Positions 1 through 9,925 of a DNA stretch of 64,000 nt are shown one piece after another. Within the stretch, counting starts at the first letter, position 1. Every line of letters starts with the position of its first letter. Both the position numbers and the translations under genes were made by a program. The DNA is from an uncultured Deferribacteres bacterium (lineage in GTDB: Bacteria > Zhuqueibacterota > Zhuqueibacteria > Zhuqueibacterales > Geothermadaptataceae), in the NCBI GenBank assembly GCA_964014485.1, contig CAXHAT010000007.1, forward strand, positions 1,764 through 65,763, written 5' to 3'. Under the pieces are notes generated by a model, which saw only the letters and a program-made list of their open reading frames with translations, was not told where the DNA came from and did not search any database.

Positions 1-2
1 AA

Positions 3-1070
3 TCAAACGGTTCCTTGCTTAAGGAAGAAGTGACCGATGAAGAAATTGCACAAATCGTCGCACGTTGGACGGGGGTGCCGGTTTCGAAAATGCTGGAAAG
101 CGAACGTGAAAAAATTCTGAAGATCGCGGATCGTCTGAGCGAACGCGTCATCGGCCAGAACGAAGCGATTGAAGCGGTTTCGTTTGCAGTGCAACGCTCT
201 CGCGCAGGGCTGAGCGACGAACATCGCCCGATTGGCTCGTTCATTTTTCTCGGCCCGACCGGAGTCGGCAAAACTGAGTTGGCGCGCGCACTGGCGGAGT
301 TCATGTTCGATGACGAAGACGCGATGATTCGCATCGACATGTCGGAATACATGGAACAGTTCAATGTGTCGCGTTTGATCGGCGCGCCTCCGGGCTACGT
401 TGGTTATGATGAAGGCGGGCAACTGACCGAGGCCGTGCGTCGCAAGCCTTACTCGGTCATTTTGCTTGATGAAATTGAAAAAGCGCATCCCGAAGTTTTC
501 AATATTTTGCTGCAAGTTCTGGACGACGGACGTTTGACGGACAGCAAAGGACACATTGTCAACTTCAAAAACGCCGTCATAATCATGACCTCTAACCTGG
601 GCGCGGATTTGATTATGGAGCGCTTCAAACGCCTTGACGATGAAAATGCGGAGCGTGTTTATGAGGAAACGCGCACAAATGTGCTGCAACTCATGCAGAA
701 ACAAATGCGCCCTGAATTTCTGAACCGCATCGATGAAGTCATTATGTTCCATCCGCTGACGGAAGAGCACATTCGCCAAATCGTGAGCATTCAGTTCAAC
801 TTGATGGTGCGGCGTGCGCTGCAACGGCAAGGCATGGACGCAACGCTTTCCGAAGGCGCACAAAACTGGATCGCTGCGCAAGGCTATGACCCGGCGTTTG
901 GCGCTCGACCTTTGAAACGTGTGATCCAACGCCAGATCGTGAATGAAATATCGCGCGGCGTTCTTAGCGGCGAGTTTAAGTCTGGCGATAATATCAAAAT
1001 CGAAGAAGAAAACGGGCGTTTGCGTTTTGTAAAAAACGTTGACATGCGCCCGGCCAAAATCGCCGCTTGA
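3..1070 (+). CDS. clpB: ATP-dependent chaperone ClpB, C-terminal half (5' end outside the window)
   Basis: The frame is open from the window edge. Second AAA+ module with Walker [10 protein letters not shown], Walker [25 protein letters not shown] signature and sensor-2 GARPLKR. Confidence 0.9.
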   Translation, partial: SNGSLLKEEVTDEEIAQIVARWTGVPVSKMLESEREKILKIADRLSERVIGQNEAIEAVSFAVQRSRAGLSDEHRPIGSFIFLGPTGVGKTELARALAEFMFDDEDAMIRIDMSEYMEQFNVSRLIGAPPGYVGYDEGGQLTEAVRRKPYSVILLDEIEKAHPEVFNILLQVLDDGRLTDSKGHIVNFKNAVIIMTSNLGADLIMERFKRLDDENAERVYEETRTNVLQLMQKQMRPEFLNRIDEVIMFHPLTEEHIRQIVSIQFNLMVRRALQRQGMDATLSEGAQNWIAAQGYDPAFGARPLKRVIQRQIVNEISRGVLSGEFKSGDNIKIEEENGRLRFVKNVDMRPAKIAA

Positions 1071-1084
1071 CGCTTTCCCGACCT

Positions 1085-1197
1085 TTTGGGGGCCATAATA
1101 TTTTTAGAGTGCGACACAACATGCCATAGGGGTTCAAAATCTTGAACCCCTACATTTGGTGTGGCTTTCATTCAGAGACCATGTTTTGGACAGCCCC
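1085..1197. repeat. Family A palindromic intergenic repeat, copy 1 (inner hairpin TAGGGGTTCAAAATCTTGAACCCCTA)
   Basis: About 115 bp, alignable by eye to 11631-11749 and 37933-38050. Inner 26-nt hairpin at 1127-1152, plus the outer arm CATGTTTTGGACAGCCCC. Confidence 0.8.
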
Positions 1198-1228
1198 TAA
1201 TGAGTAAAACTGTTGAACAAGCACTTCC

Positions 1229-1272
1229 AAAGCCGTTGGCTGAAAAATTTTTCGCCCAACGGCTTTTGTTTT
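1229..1272 (+). terminator. Rho-independent terminator candidate downstream of clpB
   Basis: Stem AAAGCCGTTGG (1229-1239) pairs with CCAACGGCTTT (1256-1266), followed by TTTTGTTTT. Confidence 0.6.
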
Positions 1273-1373
1273 GGAAATTGGAAGGTTTTGCTCCCGCGTG
1301 AACCTTTCATTTACTCCCCCGTATAAAACAAAATTTCTTGCCGCCGTCTGCTCAGAAAATCAACAGTCTTATC

Positions 1374-4300
1374 ATGTTTCTAATGCAAAACGGGAAAAGC
1401 GTCTCGGCTCTGCTCCTGGTTGTTTTTGTCGCTTCAGGCTCAGTTTTCGGGCAGCGGCTCGACGTCAAGTTCGACCGCCTGCCTATTTCCGAAAAGCTGG
1501 CCGCCGCCTCGATTTATTGCGTCATGCAAGACAGCAAGGGGTACATGTGGCTGGGGTCAATGGACGGTCTGCACAAATACAACGGCTACGACGTTAAGAC
1601 TTACACGCAAAATCCCGCCGACTCAACTGCGCTGCAAGACGATTGGGTTCTGTCCCTGCACGAAGATGACGACGGTTTTATCTGGATCGGAACCAACAAC
1701 GGCGGCTTGCATCGTTTCAATCGCAAAACTGGAAAATTTAAAAACTTTCCGGTCGACGATTTTCTTACCGGGGGCGGCCAACTCGCTCTGGAAGGGCCGA
1801 TCCCGTTTTCGCTTCATATCGGCGCGAGCATCACGACGATTTTCGAAGACGAGAGGGAAAATCTCTGGCTTGGCACCTGGGGCGGCGCAATTCTTCGTTT
1901 CAGTCGCGAAAAACAAGTCTATCAAAATCTCGTTGATAAACCTCCCGTTTTTTCTCACCCGATAACCACGATTTTCCCCGACTCCTCCGGCGGCGTTTGG
2001 GTGGGAACTTTTGGCTCCGGACTTTACCACTACAAAAACTTTCACGAAAACGCTTTTCAAAAGCCCGAGAATCACTTTCAAACCAAAACCGCTCAAAGAA
2101 ATAGCCTCCCGGAAAACCGAATTACTTCAATCATCGAACCGAAAACAGGGACATTGCTTGTCGGAACGTTTGGCGGCGGAATTTCGGTTATCGATGCAGA
2201 GAAAGAAACGTTTACAAATTATGACCATTTGGGAAGCGGACAAAGCAAGCTGTCTAGTAGCAACGTCGTCAAAGTCTATCAAGATCGCTTTGGTGAAATC
2301 TGGATTGGGTGTTATGACGGCGGCTTAAACCGCGCTTTGCCGGAAGAGCCAAACCGCGGCGAGAAGTATGATCTTCAAAGCCTGCGCTTCACTTCTTACA
2401 AACATGAGCCGGCTGATCAATACAGCCTCAGCAACAGCGACGTCATCGCTCTCGCCGAAGATCGCGGCGGCGTTCTTTGGGTGGGAACGCATCGCGGCGG
2501 GCTGAACAAATTCAGCCGTTTAAAGGCGCGTTTCGCCCATTTTACGCATGAATCGTTTAACCCCAATTCTCTTAATGATAAGATTGTTTATTCGTTCGCG
2601 GAAGATCAGAACGGTGCGCTCTGGATCGGCGCCTATCATGGCGGCTTGAACAAGTATGATCGCAAAACGCAGCGATTCACGCACTACCGCCATGACCCGC
2701 AAGACCCCAACAGTTTGAGCGACAATCACATCCGCGCGCTCCATTTTGATGACGAAGGAATACTCTGGATCGGCACGCGCAACGGGGGTTTAAATCGATT
2801 CGACCCGCGGACAGAAACTTTCAAAAACTACCGCCGCGAACGAGACAACCCGCGAAGCCTGCTGAACGATCAAATCATTCCGATTTGCGAAGATCGAGAC
2901 GGCGAATTGTGGATCGGGATTTTTGGCGGCGGAGTGAGCCGGTTCAATAAGCGAACAGAAACTTTTCAAAATTTTACCGCTGACACAACGCGAAAAAACG
3001 GTCTGAGCGGCAATCGCATCTATTCCATCCTTGAAGATCACCAAGGCGCAATTTGGTTTGGTTCGTTCGGGAGCGGACTTACGAAGTTGGACAAAACGAC
3101 TGGAAGATTCACGCAATTCGTACACGATGGAACGAATTCCGCCAGCCTGGGCAGCAATCGCATTCTCGCAATGTATGAAGATAAAAAACAGAGGCTTTGG
3201 ATAGGAACTTTTGGCGCTGGACTTTGCAGATTGGAAAGCGAAGCCAACGGCGGCGAATTCGTCAGTTTTACCAAAAACGACGGCCTGCCCAGCAATGCGA
3301 TACTGGGCGTTTTGGAAGACGATCACGGAAACCTATGGCTCTCGACCAGCAACGGCGTCGCCTGTTTTGATCCTGAGACGAAGACGAGTAAAAATTATGA
3401 CGTTTATGACGGCCTGCAAGGAAATCAATTTAACGGCGGCGCCTTTTACCAGAGCAGCTCGGGCGAAATGTTTTTTGGCGGGCCAAACGGCTTCAATGCT
3501 TTTTATCCGGATGAAATTCGTAAGAACGACTATGTGCCGCCAGTCGTTTTTACGGAGTTCAAAAAGTTCAATCAGGCGCAGGACGGCGAATTCAGCGAAA
3601 TTGAGCTTTCTTACAAAGAGAATTTTTTCTCCGTAGAATTTGCGGCGCTTGATTACGCCAACCCGGAGACGAATCAATACAAGTATAAACTCGAAGATTT
3701 TCACGACGATTGGATTGACGCCGAGGGCTTGCGAACAGCGAGCTTCACGAATCTTGATCCGGGAACCTGGCGCTTAAAAGTAATGGGCGCGAACAGCGAC
3801 GGCGCATGGAATCCCGAGCCTGCGATTTTGACCATTACTATCACCCCGCCGTTTTGGATGACTTATTGGTTCTACGCTCTCATCGTTTTTGGAGCGCTGG
3901 TGGCCGTGCTTGCGCTGCACACCTGGCGCTTGCGGTATAAAATTAACCACACGCTGGAGCTTGAAAAAGTCCGGGCGACGGAAAATGAAAAAGTTCGTCA
4001 GCAGGCGGCGGAAGATTTTCACGATGAATTCGGACATCAACTGACGCACATTTCACTTTATGCCGAAATCGCGAAAAGAAAGCTAAACGGCTGCGCTCCT
4101 GAAATGGCGCCGCAAATGGACAAAATTAGCGACACGGCCAAGCGGCTTTCTCTGGGAATTCGAGATTTCATTTGGTCGCTCGATCCAGTCCAAAACACTC
4201 TGTTTGATACGGCGGTTTTTATCAAGGATTTTGGGGATAATTATTTCAGCAAAAGCGGGATTAATTTCTGGTCGCCGGAAATCCCCGGGAGAGCAAAATC

Positions 4301-4607
4301 GATGAAACTGCCGATGAATTGGCGGCGGCACATTTCTCTTATTTTCAAGGAAGGAATGAGCAATATTTTAAAGCATTCAAACGGCGCTGACGCAACTTTC
4401 GAAGTCAAAATGTTTGACGATGGATTCCAAATCCGCCTCACGGACAATGGGCGGGGGTTTGAACAAAACGGCGCTGATTCCGGCTACGGATTGGCGAGCA
4501 TGACGCGACGTGCAGACAAGCTCGGCGTCAAGTTAAAAGTCCAATCAGCAAAAGATCGCGGCACAACGATAGAAGTGCGTTGCTCGCACGTCAAACAACG
4601 GCTTTGA
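1374..4607 (+). CDS. Sensor histidine kinase with periplasmic two-component-regulator beta-propeller repeats and Y_Y_Y-like region, one TM segment, HisKA_3-type H-box and HATPase domain
   Basis: Many repeats of the LWIGT..GGLNRF/..G.L.KY type. TM segment YWFYALIVFGALVAVLAL. H-box FHDEFGHQLTHI. C-terminal ATPase G-box GYGLASM. The ORF opens at TTG 1338; I chose ATG 1374 (MFLMQNGKSVSALLLVVFV signal-like), so the start is uncertain. Confidence 0.85.
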   Translation: MFLMQNGKSVSALLLVVFVASGSVFGQRLDVKFDRLPISEKLAAASIYCVMQDSKGYMWLGSMDGLHKYNGYDVKTYTQNPADSTALQDDWVLSLHEDDDGFIWIGTNNGGLHRFNRKTGKFKNFPVDDFLTGGGQLALEGPIPFSLHIGASITTIFEDERENLWLGTWGGAILRFSREKQVYQNLVDKPPVFSHPITTIFPDSSGGVWVGTFGSGLYHYKNFHENAFQKPENHFQTKTAQRNSLPENRITSIIEPKTGTLLVGTFGGGISVIDAEKETFTNYDHLGSGQSKLSSSNVVKVYQDRFGEIWIGCYDGGLNRALPEEPNRGEKYDLQSLRFTSYKHEPADQYSLSNSDVIALAEDRGGVLWVGTHRGGLNKFSRLKARFAHFTHESFNPNSLNDKIVYSFAEDQNGALWIGAYHGGLNKYDRKTQRFTHYRHDPQDPNSLSDNHIRALHFDDEGILWIGTRNGGLNRFDPRTETFKNYRRERDNPRSLLNDQIIPICEDRDGELWIGIFGGGVSRFNKRTETFQNFTADTTRKNGLSGNRIYSILEDHQGAIWFGSFGSGLTKLDKTTGRFTQFVHDGTNSASLGSNRILAMYEDKKQRLWIGTFGAGLCRLESEANGGEFVSFTKNDGLPSNAILGVLEDDHGNLWLSTSNGVACFDPETKTSKNYDVYDGLQGNQFNGGAFYQSSSGEMFFGGPNGFNAFYPDEIRKNDYVPPVVFTEFKKFNQAQDGEFSEIELSYKENFFSVEFAALDYANPETNQYKYKLEDFHDDWIDAEGLRTASFTNLDPGTWRLKVMGANSDGAWNPEPAILTITITPPFWMTYWFYALIVFGALVAVLALHTWRLRYKINHTLELEKVRATENEKVRQQAAEDFHDEFGHQLTHISLYAEIAKRKLNGCAPEMAPQMDKISDTAKRLSLGIRDFIWSLDPVQNTLFDTAVFIKDFGDNYFSKSGINFWSPEIPGRAKSMKLPMNWRRHISLIFKEGMSNILKHSNGADATFEVKMFDDGFQIRLTDNGRGFEQNGADSGYGLASMTRRADKLGVKLKVQSAKDRGTTIEVRCSHVKQRL

Positions 4608-5187
4608 TCCCGTTGATGATCATTTGCACCGCCATCATCACCAGCAACATCCCCATCAATCTTTCAACTGCGGCCAGACCGCGCTCTTTGAAAAGCCTGT
4701 ACAAAAACGGAGCGGCGAGTAGAGAAACCGCCACAACGAGCCAGGCAATCATCACAGCGAAAAACCAGCTCAACATTTGTTCTTGATCTCTCCGCACCAT
4801 AAGAATCAAGGTCGCCAACGCTGACGGCCCGGCTATCATTGGCACCGCGATTGGGACAATCAGCGGCTCGCCTTCCATTTGTTCGCCCATCACGCCCCCG
4901 CGTTGCGGAAAAATCAGGCGCAGCCCGATGATCAGCAAAACAATTCCCCCTGCAATTGTGACCGACTCCTGTTGTAACTGCAAGAAATCCAAAAACGCTT
5001 GTCCGCCAAAAAGAAAAACAAGCAAGATTGCCAGCGCGATGAGAAGTTCACGGATAATGATCATACGCCGCCGCTTGAGCTCAACATCTTTTAAAATCGA
5101 AAGCAACACCGGGATGTTCCCGAGCGGATCCATGACAAAAATTAGCAGCACCGCCGCCGACCAAACGGACTCGTCGAGGTTGAACAT
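4591..5187 (-). CDS. MarC/UPF0056 family integral membrane protein
   Basis: 198 aa and polytopic. The N-terminus LLIFVMDPLGNIPVLLS is typical of MarC-family proteins. The 3' end overlaps the convergent kinase gene by 17 bp. Confidence 0.75.
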   Translation of the reverse strand: MFNLDESVWSAAVLLIFVMDPLGNIPVLLSILKDVELKRRRMIIIRELLIALAILLVFLFGGQAFLDFLQLQQESVTIAGGIVLLIIGLRLIFPQRGGVMGEQMEGEPLIVPIAVPMIAGPSALATLILMVRRDQEQMLSWFFAVMIAWLVVAVSLLAAPFLYRLFKERGLAAVERLMGMLLVMMAVQMIINGIKAVV

Positions 5188-5189
5188 AT

Positions 5190-6374
5190 TTAAAACGCCT
5201 TCTCCAGATCTTCCAGAATTTCTGCGGCCCGATTCCAGCCCAGCACCGTCGCCTGCACGTGTTTTTGCTTATCTTGCCCGCCGTACACCACAAAATTTTT
5301 TGATTGCAGCGAGTCGTGCGAAACGCTCCAGGCATTTAAACCTGCAAAATAATCTCGATTAAAAGTCTGCCCGGCCTTGAAATCGATAGCAAGAAATTCA
5401 TCTCCCGTCTCCAAAATCAAATCAACTTCATGGCCGGCACGATCTCGCCAAAAACTAAATCGAAACCTCCTTCCGCCACTCAAAGCCGTTTTCATCAAAT
5501 CGGCGATGATAAAGGATTCAAAGAACTCGCCTTTCAAACTATGAATGATCAGGTCGGACTTTTGTTTGACGCCAAGCAGCGAAGAAGCCAGACCTGCGTC
5601 ATAAAAATAGATTTTCGTCGTCATTGCGCTTTGGGCTCTTGCCGGACGCCTAAACATCGGAAGCTGAAAAACGATGAAGCTGTTTTCGAGGACTTGCAGC
5701 CATGATTTTGCGGTCTTGAACGTCACCCCGCAATCCTCCGCGAGCCTTGTGAGGTTAAGAACCCTGCCGATTCGCGCCGCGCACATTTTCATGAAGGTCA
5801 GAAAAAGATCAATGTCAGCGATGTTTCTGATGAAGCGCACGCGCCGTTCAACATAAGCGTTGACATGTTCCGGAAAAAACTCTGCGGGCGGGAGATTGTA
5901 TGCATAAAGCTCGGGATAAAAGCCCTGAAAAAGCAACGTCTCGAAATCGTGAAAAGCCGAGCCTGATCGATGCAATTCTTCGATAGAAAGCGGCAATAAA
6001 TTGAGCGTTCGCGCTTTTTGCCCGAGCAGTGCGACAAAGTCGGCCAGCGAAGCAAATTGATGAGAATTAATGATCAGAAAACGGGCGGGCGTCTCGCTGC
6101 TTTCAATGTGTTTTTTGAGCCGAGGCAAAAGAGACGGGGCGCGGTGAATTTCGTCGAGGATAATTTGGTGCGGGAAGGCGGCAAGAAAGCCCTTGGGATC
6201 GTCGCGGGCAAACGTCCGCATCTCTTCATCCTCGAACGAAACGTATCGCCAGTGTTCGAGGGCGTGTTGGGCCAGAGCCGTTTTACCCGCTTGGCGAGGG
6301 CCGAGCAAGATAACGACTGTTGCGCTTTGAACGGCCTCCAGCAGTTTTTGCGTGATCGCCCGTTCGATAAACAT
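5190..6374 (-). CDS. AAA+ ATPase of the AAA_14/DUF4143 (COG1373-like) type
   Basis: Walker A LLGPRQAGKTAL and Walker B-like IILDEIH. The length (394 aa) and C-terminal region resemble DUF4143 proteins. Confidence 0.75.
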   Translation of the reverse strand: MFIERAITQKLLEAVQSATVVILLGPRQAGKTALAQHALEHWRYVSFEDEEMRTFARDDPKGFLAAFPHQIILDEIHRAPSLLPRLKKHIESSETPARFLIINSHQFASLADFVALLGQKARTLNLLPLSIEELHRSGSAFHDFETLLFQGFYPELYAYNLPPAEFFPEHVNAYVERRVRFIRNIADIDLFLTFMKMCAARIGRVLNLTRLAEDCGVTFKTAKSWLQVLENSFIVFQLPMFRRPARAQSAMTTKIYFYDAGLASSLLGVKQKSDLIIHSLKGEFFESFIIADLMKTALSGGRRFRFSFWRDRAGHEVDLILETGDEFLAIDFKAGQTFNRDYFAGLNAWSVSHDSLQSKNFVVYGGQDKQKHVQATVLGWNRAAEILEDLEKAF

Positions 6375-6379
6375 GGCGT

Positions 6380-6814
6380 TTAGCTCTCGCTGTTTTTGTC
6401 ATACGGAACAATTTTGTCCCATTCTTCAGCGCTGGAGCGTGCGACAAAAGCCACAACTTCGTCTGTGTCGCTTATGTTGTAAACCTCGTGCGGCACGCCC
6501 GCTTTAATGAAGATAAAATCTCCGGCTTCATTGATCAACTGCTGCTTCAATCCAGGGCCAAAATCGTGGCGAACCTTGCCCTTCATAATATAAAGCATCA
6601 ATTCGAAGCCGACGTGGATGTGTGCGTAGGCAACGCCGCCCGGCGGAATCGTGGCAATGTTGACCGATAATGCGTTGGAACCAACGTTTTTCGCGGACAT
6701 GCCTTCTTTGTAATGAATGCCGTTCCAACCGCGCTTTTCGCCGCCGCCGCGAATGGTCAAAATGCCGTCATGGTCTTCAACATGAGAAGTTTGAATGGCG
6801 CCGTTTGGTTCCAT
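6380..6814 (-). CDS. Cupin-domain protein
   Basis: 144 aa with a cupin-like metal motif region (GGVAYAHIHVGFE ... GVPHEVYN). Confidence 0.65.
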   Translation of the reverse strand: MEPNGAIQTSHVEDHDGILTIRGGGEKRGWNGIHYKEGMSAKNVGSNALSVNIATIPPGGVAYAHIHVGFELMLYIMKGKVRHDFGPGLKQQLINEAGDFIFIKAGVPHEVYNISDTDEVVAFVARSSAEEWDKIVPYDKNSES

Positions 6815-6842
6815 TGCGAATGTCTCCGATAATAGTTTGCGA

Positions 6843-7472
6843 TTATCCGTTAGGCTGAGGGCTGTGTTGATTCAACGCGGGTTTCAGCTCCGCAACAGCC
6901 GCTTCAAAACACTTGTGTAAGCTCGCATTTACAGCCGCGACCACGCTTTCCGGCTGCTTCAATTCGACCTTGGTCAATTGTTCAAACGCGCCCTTCCAAA
7001 TAACCGCTTCCTGACCCGGTTCCTTCAAGGTTAATTGCACAGCCGCTTTTCCAAACCATTCACCGTTGATGTCAACCTCTTCAAAAGCCAGCAGCCTTCC
7101 GGAGATGACATAGCTCACACGATCAGCGGAAGGAAATGTGACCACGTCGGCAAAAGTCTTTCGTTTAATCAAGAAATCGCGCAAAGCGTCCGTCGCCAAT
7201 GCGTTCGGCGCTGCGACCCAGCGGTGATAATGCCAATATTTGATCTCAAATTCGTTTTCACGAAAAATGATACGGTCATCCGTATAAAGAACGCCTCCGT
7301 CCAATTTCTGCAGACCAATGACAAAAGGCGATTCCGTGTACGCCGAGCCGTTGGTCGTTTGCGTTTCAGGCGTGCTCAAAGTGTAAAAACTCAACTGTCT
7401 TACTCCGCCGCATGAAATAAGCAGAAAGCTAAACGTGATGATCGAAAATTTAAGAAATGTTGCTTTCTTCAA
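6843..7472 (-). CDS. ABC-transport auxiliary lipoprotein (DUF330/PqiC-YmbA-like), last gene of the Mla/MCE cluster
   Basis: Lipoprotein signal MKKATFLKFSIITFSFLLISCGG. About 200 aa, immediately downstream of the MCE gene, as for PqiC/YmbA-type components. Confidence 0.6.
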   Translation of the reverse strand: MKKATFLKFSIITFSFLLISCGGVRQLSFYTLSTPETQTTNGSAYTESPFVIGLQKLDGGVLYTDDRIIFRENEFEIKYWHYHRWVAAPNALATDALRDFLIKRKTFADVVTFPSADRVSYVISGRLLAFEEVDINGEWFGKAAVQLTLKEPGQEAVIWKGAFEQLTKVELKQPESVVAAVNASLHKCFEAAVAELKPALNQHSPQPNG

Positions 7473-7503
7473 AAAACGTGCTCCTCAATCGGAAAACATC
7501 AAT

Positions 7504-8424
7504 CTATTTTTTGGAAACCTTCCTCACCGGCGGTTGCGACCGACGCACGAGGCTCCAGGGTTGCTCTTTAATTTGTTTGCTGAAAACTTCAAAGTTTGCG
7601 CTTGCGTCCTGCACGTTTTCCAGCACTTCTTTTAGCACAACTTCATTGGTATACATCAAATAGTTGAGCTTGTCGGACACTTTCGCAAATTCGACCATCA
7701 AGCTGTCGGCGCTGTGAATCATCGAGGATGAACGCGTCAAAGTCTCGCTCAACGTTTCAGCGTTTCCTTCCATAATCCGATCAACGCGCTCAACCGTCGT
7801 CGTCATTTTTGAACTCAAACCAGCAATGTTTTCCGCGATTTCTTTAGCTGAATTGCGATTTTCTTGCAGCACCGTGTCGATTCCGGCGACAATATTTGAA
7901 AAATGCATCGTGTTTTTTTCATCGAGCATCACATTTAGCCGAACGAGCAAAGATTCCATCTGCGCCATCGTCGTTTGGAACGGCTCGGCCATCGCCACGC
8001 CAAGCTGGTTGAGCGAAGGCACGTCACGCGATAGGAGCACGCCGCCGTCCGCGAGCATGGCCGCTTCCGCCGATCCCGGCGTAATTTCAATATAAAAATC
8101 GCCCATCATGCCGAGGCTGGTGATGTGCGCTTCCGAGTCGGTTTTGATAGGCGCATTCTTTTTGACGCTCATTGCAACGTCAATTCTGCCGTCGCCGCCT
8201 GGGTTGAATGCCACACGCTCAACTTCGCCGACCAATACACCGCCCAAACGCACCAGGGAACCTGGCCGAATGCCGTTGGAATGGCCGAATTGCGCCTGGA
8301 TTTTTTTGCGCTCCGGCTGCAAGGTGACGCCGGTGATTGAAAAAACAAAGGTCAAAAAGATCACGATGCCGAGCAAAATAAGCAGTCCGGCTTTGATTTC
8401 GTGTGAACGATTAGAAGTGCTCAT
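7504..8424 (-). CDS. mlaD: MCE/MlaD-family substrate-binding protein with extended helical C-terminus
   Basis: N-terminal TM anchor IKAGLLILLGIVIFLTFVF, then an MlaD-domain core (GSLVRLGGVLVGEVERV). Located downstream of mlaF. Confidence 0.8.
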   Translation of the reverse strand: MSTSNRSHEIKAGLLILLGIVIFLTFVFSITGVTLQPERKKIQAQFGHSNGIRPGSLVRLGGVLVGEVERVAFNPGGDGRIDVAMSVKKNAPIKTDSEAHITSLGMMGDFYIEITPGSAEAAMLADGGVLLSRDVPSLNQLGVAMAEPFQTTMAQMESLLVRLNVMLDEKNTMHFSNIVAGIDTVLQENRNSAKEIAENIAGLSSKMTTTVERVDRIMEGNAETLSETLTRSSSMIHSADSLMVEFAKVSDKLNYLMYTNEVVLKEVLENVQDASANFEVFSKQIKEQPWSLVRRSQPPVRKVSKK

Positions 8425-8442
8425 GTTACAAGTTTAAATTCG

Positions 8443-8528
8443 ATGGGTTTTTGGAATCATGGATTGTTGGATTACTGGGTTTTTGATTTCCATCAATCCA
8501 ATAATCCAGCACTCCACTATTCCAGCTA
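8443..8528. repeat. Family D palindromic repeat (TGGAAT...GGATTGTTGG / CCAATAATCC...ATTCCA), copy 1
   Basis: Similar by eye to 13105-13210 and 48463-48560. Fills the mlaF-mlaD intergenic gap. Confidence 0.6.
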
Positions 8529-8529
8529 C

Positions 8530-9315
8530 TTATACTCTGACCAATGTATTAAGATAGGCTTCACGATCAATGGCTTCGTCTTCCGGCTCACGATTGAGAA
8601 ATTTTTCCACAACTGGATTTTCGCTCGCTTGCAATTCTTCCAACGTTCCGTCCGCGATGATTTGGCCTTCGTGCAGCATTGCGACGCGGTCTGCAATCAG
8701 GAAAACTGAAGCCAGTTCGTGCGTTACCACAATGATCGTCATTTTGAACGCGCTTTTCAAGCGAAGAATGAGGTCGTCGATGCCACGCGCGACCACAGGA
8801 TCGAGCCCCGCCGACGGTTCGTCGCAGACCAGAATGTCTGGATCCATCGCGATGGCGCGAGCGAGTCCGGCGCGTTTTTTCATGCCGCCGGAAAGCTCGG
8901 CGGGCTTAAAACTCTCGAAGCCTCGCAAGCCAACGACTTCCAATTTCATCCGCGTCATAATCTTGATCGTCGACGGCTCTAACTCCGTGTGTTCGCGCAA
9001 CGGCAGAGAGACGTTCTCGCCAACGGTCATGGAGTTGAACAGCGCCGAGCTTTGAAACAACACGCCCATCTTGCGCTGAATTTTGCCCATCTCGTTTTCA
9101 TGCAAACCGGTGATGTCATTGCCTTTGATTTCAATCGAACCGGCGGAGGGTCTCGCGAGGCCGATCAAGTGGCGCATAAGCGTGCTTTTACCGCAGCCTG
9201 AGCGCCCCAGAATCACCAGCGTCTCGCCGGGCATAATATCAAGATTTACGCCCTTGAGAATATGACGCTCGCCATAGTACGTGTGCAAATCACGAATTTG
9301 GATGATGGGGTTCAT
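8530..9315 (-). CDS. mlaF: ABC transporter ATP-binding protein, MlaF type
   Basis: Walker A GRSGCGKST, signature LSGGMKKRAGLARA, Walker B ILVCDEPSAGLD. Start moved to the internal ATG at 9315 (MNPIIQIRDL), the usual N-terminus for this family. Confidence 0.9.
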   Translation of the reverse strand: MNPIIQIRDLHTYYGERHILKGVNLDIMPGETLVILGRSGCGKSTLMRHLIGLARPSAGSIEIKGNDITGLHENEMGKIQRKMGVLFQSSALFNSMTVGENVSLPLREHTELEPSTIKIMTRMKLEVVGLRGFESFKPAELSGGMKKRAGLARAIAMDPDILVCDEPSAGLDPVVARGIDDLILRLKSAFKMTIIVVTHELASVFLIADRVAMLHEGQIIADGTLEELQASENPVVEKFLNREPEDEAIDREAYLNTLVRV

Positions 9316-9574
9316 TGACCCGGGCTCCCAACCATTTTTCAAATGATTTTTTACTTTCACCGCTCCGCCGTCCTGCCGGCAGGCCTTCAACGCCGATAAA
9401 CTCATCCAAATCCGGCCACTCAATGGCGTAGGCGTCTCCAAGCAGTTGCCAGTTCTCTCGTTCTTTTTTTGAAGCGTTTTTCAAGCGCGGGTACCACTCC
9501 AGAAGGACGGATACATTGCGGCCATCCGCCAAATTTACGATCAGATGAGAAGAAATCACTCGAACTTGATTCAT
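9290..9574 (-). CDS. DUF2442-like small protein
   Basis: 94 aa. WYPRL...ERENWQLLGDAYAIEWPDLDEFIGVEGL matches my memory of the DUF2442 consensus (W.PRL ... HWP.LDEDIS.EGLL). The 3' end overlaps the mlaF start by 26 bp. Confidence 0.55.
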   Translation of the reverse strand: MNQVRVISSHLIVNLADGRNVSVLLEWYPRLKNASKKERENWQLLGDAYAIEWPDLDEFIGVEGLPAGRRSGESKKSFEKWLGARVNEPHHPNS

Positions 9575-9599
9575 TTTGAGTTTTCTTGCAAATGAAAAT

Positions 9600-9925
9600 T
9601 TTAACGCAAAGCTCGCGAAGGCGCGGAGTCGTCGCAGAGTTTTTGTGGCAGCTTTGCGTTCTCAGCGCGTATTTGAAAAGTCCCAGCGGGACGAATGAAA
9701 ATAGCCCGGCGATTGATCGCCGGGGGAAGCGACCGGGTTTTCCCTTCGTTAAAGTCCCGTAGGGACGACCGAGATCGGGTCTGTGGCTGTAATCTCAACC
9801 GTCCCTGCGGGGCTTCCAGGCGAGAAACGTGGTCTTTCGCCACAACGATAAATCGTTGGGCTATTTTCAAGCGTCCTTGCAGGACTTTCCAAACAAACAC
9901 ATTCTCGGCGCACTCCGCGTTATAG
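9600..9925. repeat. About 325-bp nested palindromic element between the DUF2442 gene and mlaE
   Basis: Paired arms: AACGCAAAGC/GCTTTGCGTT, AAAGTCCCAGCGGGACG/CGTCCTTGCAGGACTTT, ATAGCCCGGCGATTGATCG/CGATAAATCGTTGGGCTAT, AAGTCCCGTAGGGACG/CGTCCCTGCGGGGCTT. Confidence 0.7.

Noticed and set aside
8530-9441. Long form of mlaF (303 aa) with a 42-aa N-terminal extension
   Set aside because: The extension has no similarity to ABC ATPases and overlaps the DUF2442-like ORF. The internal ATG at 9315 gives the canonical N-terminus (MNPIIQIRDL...).
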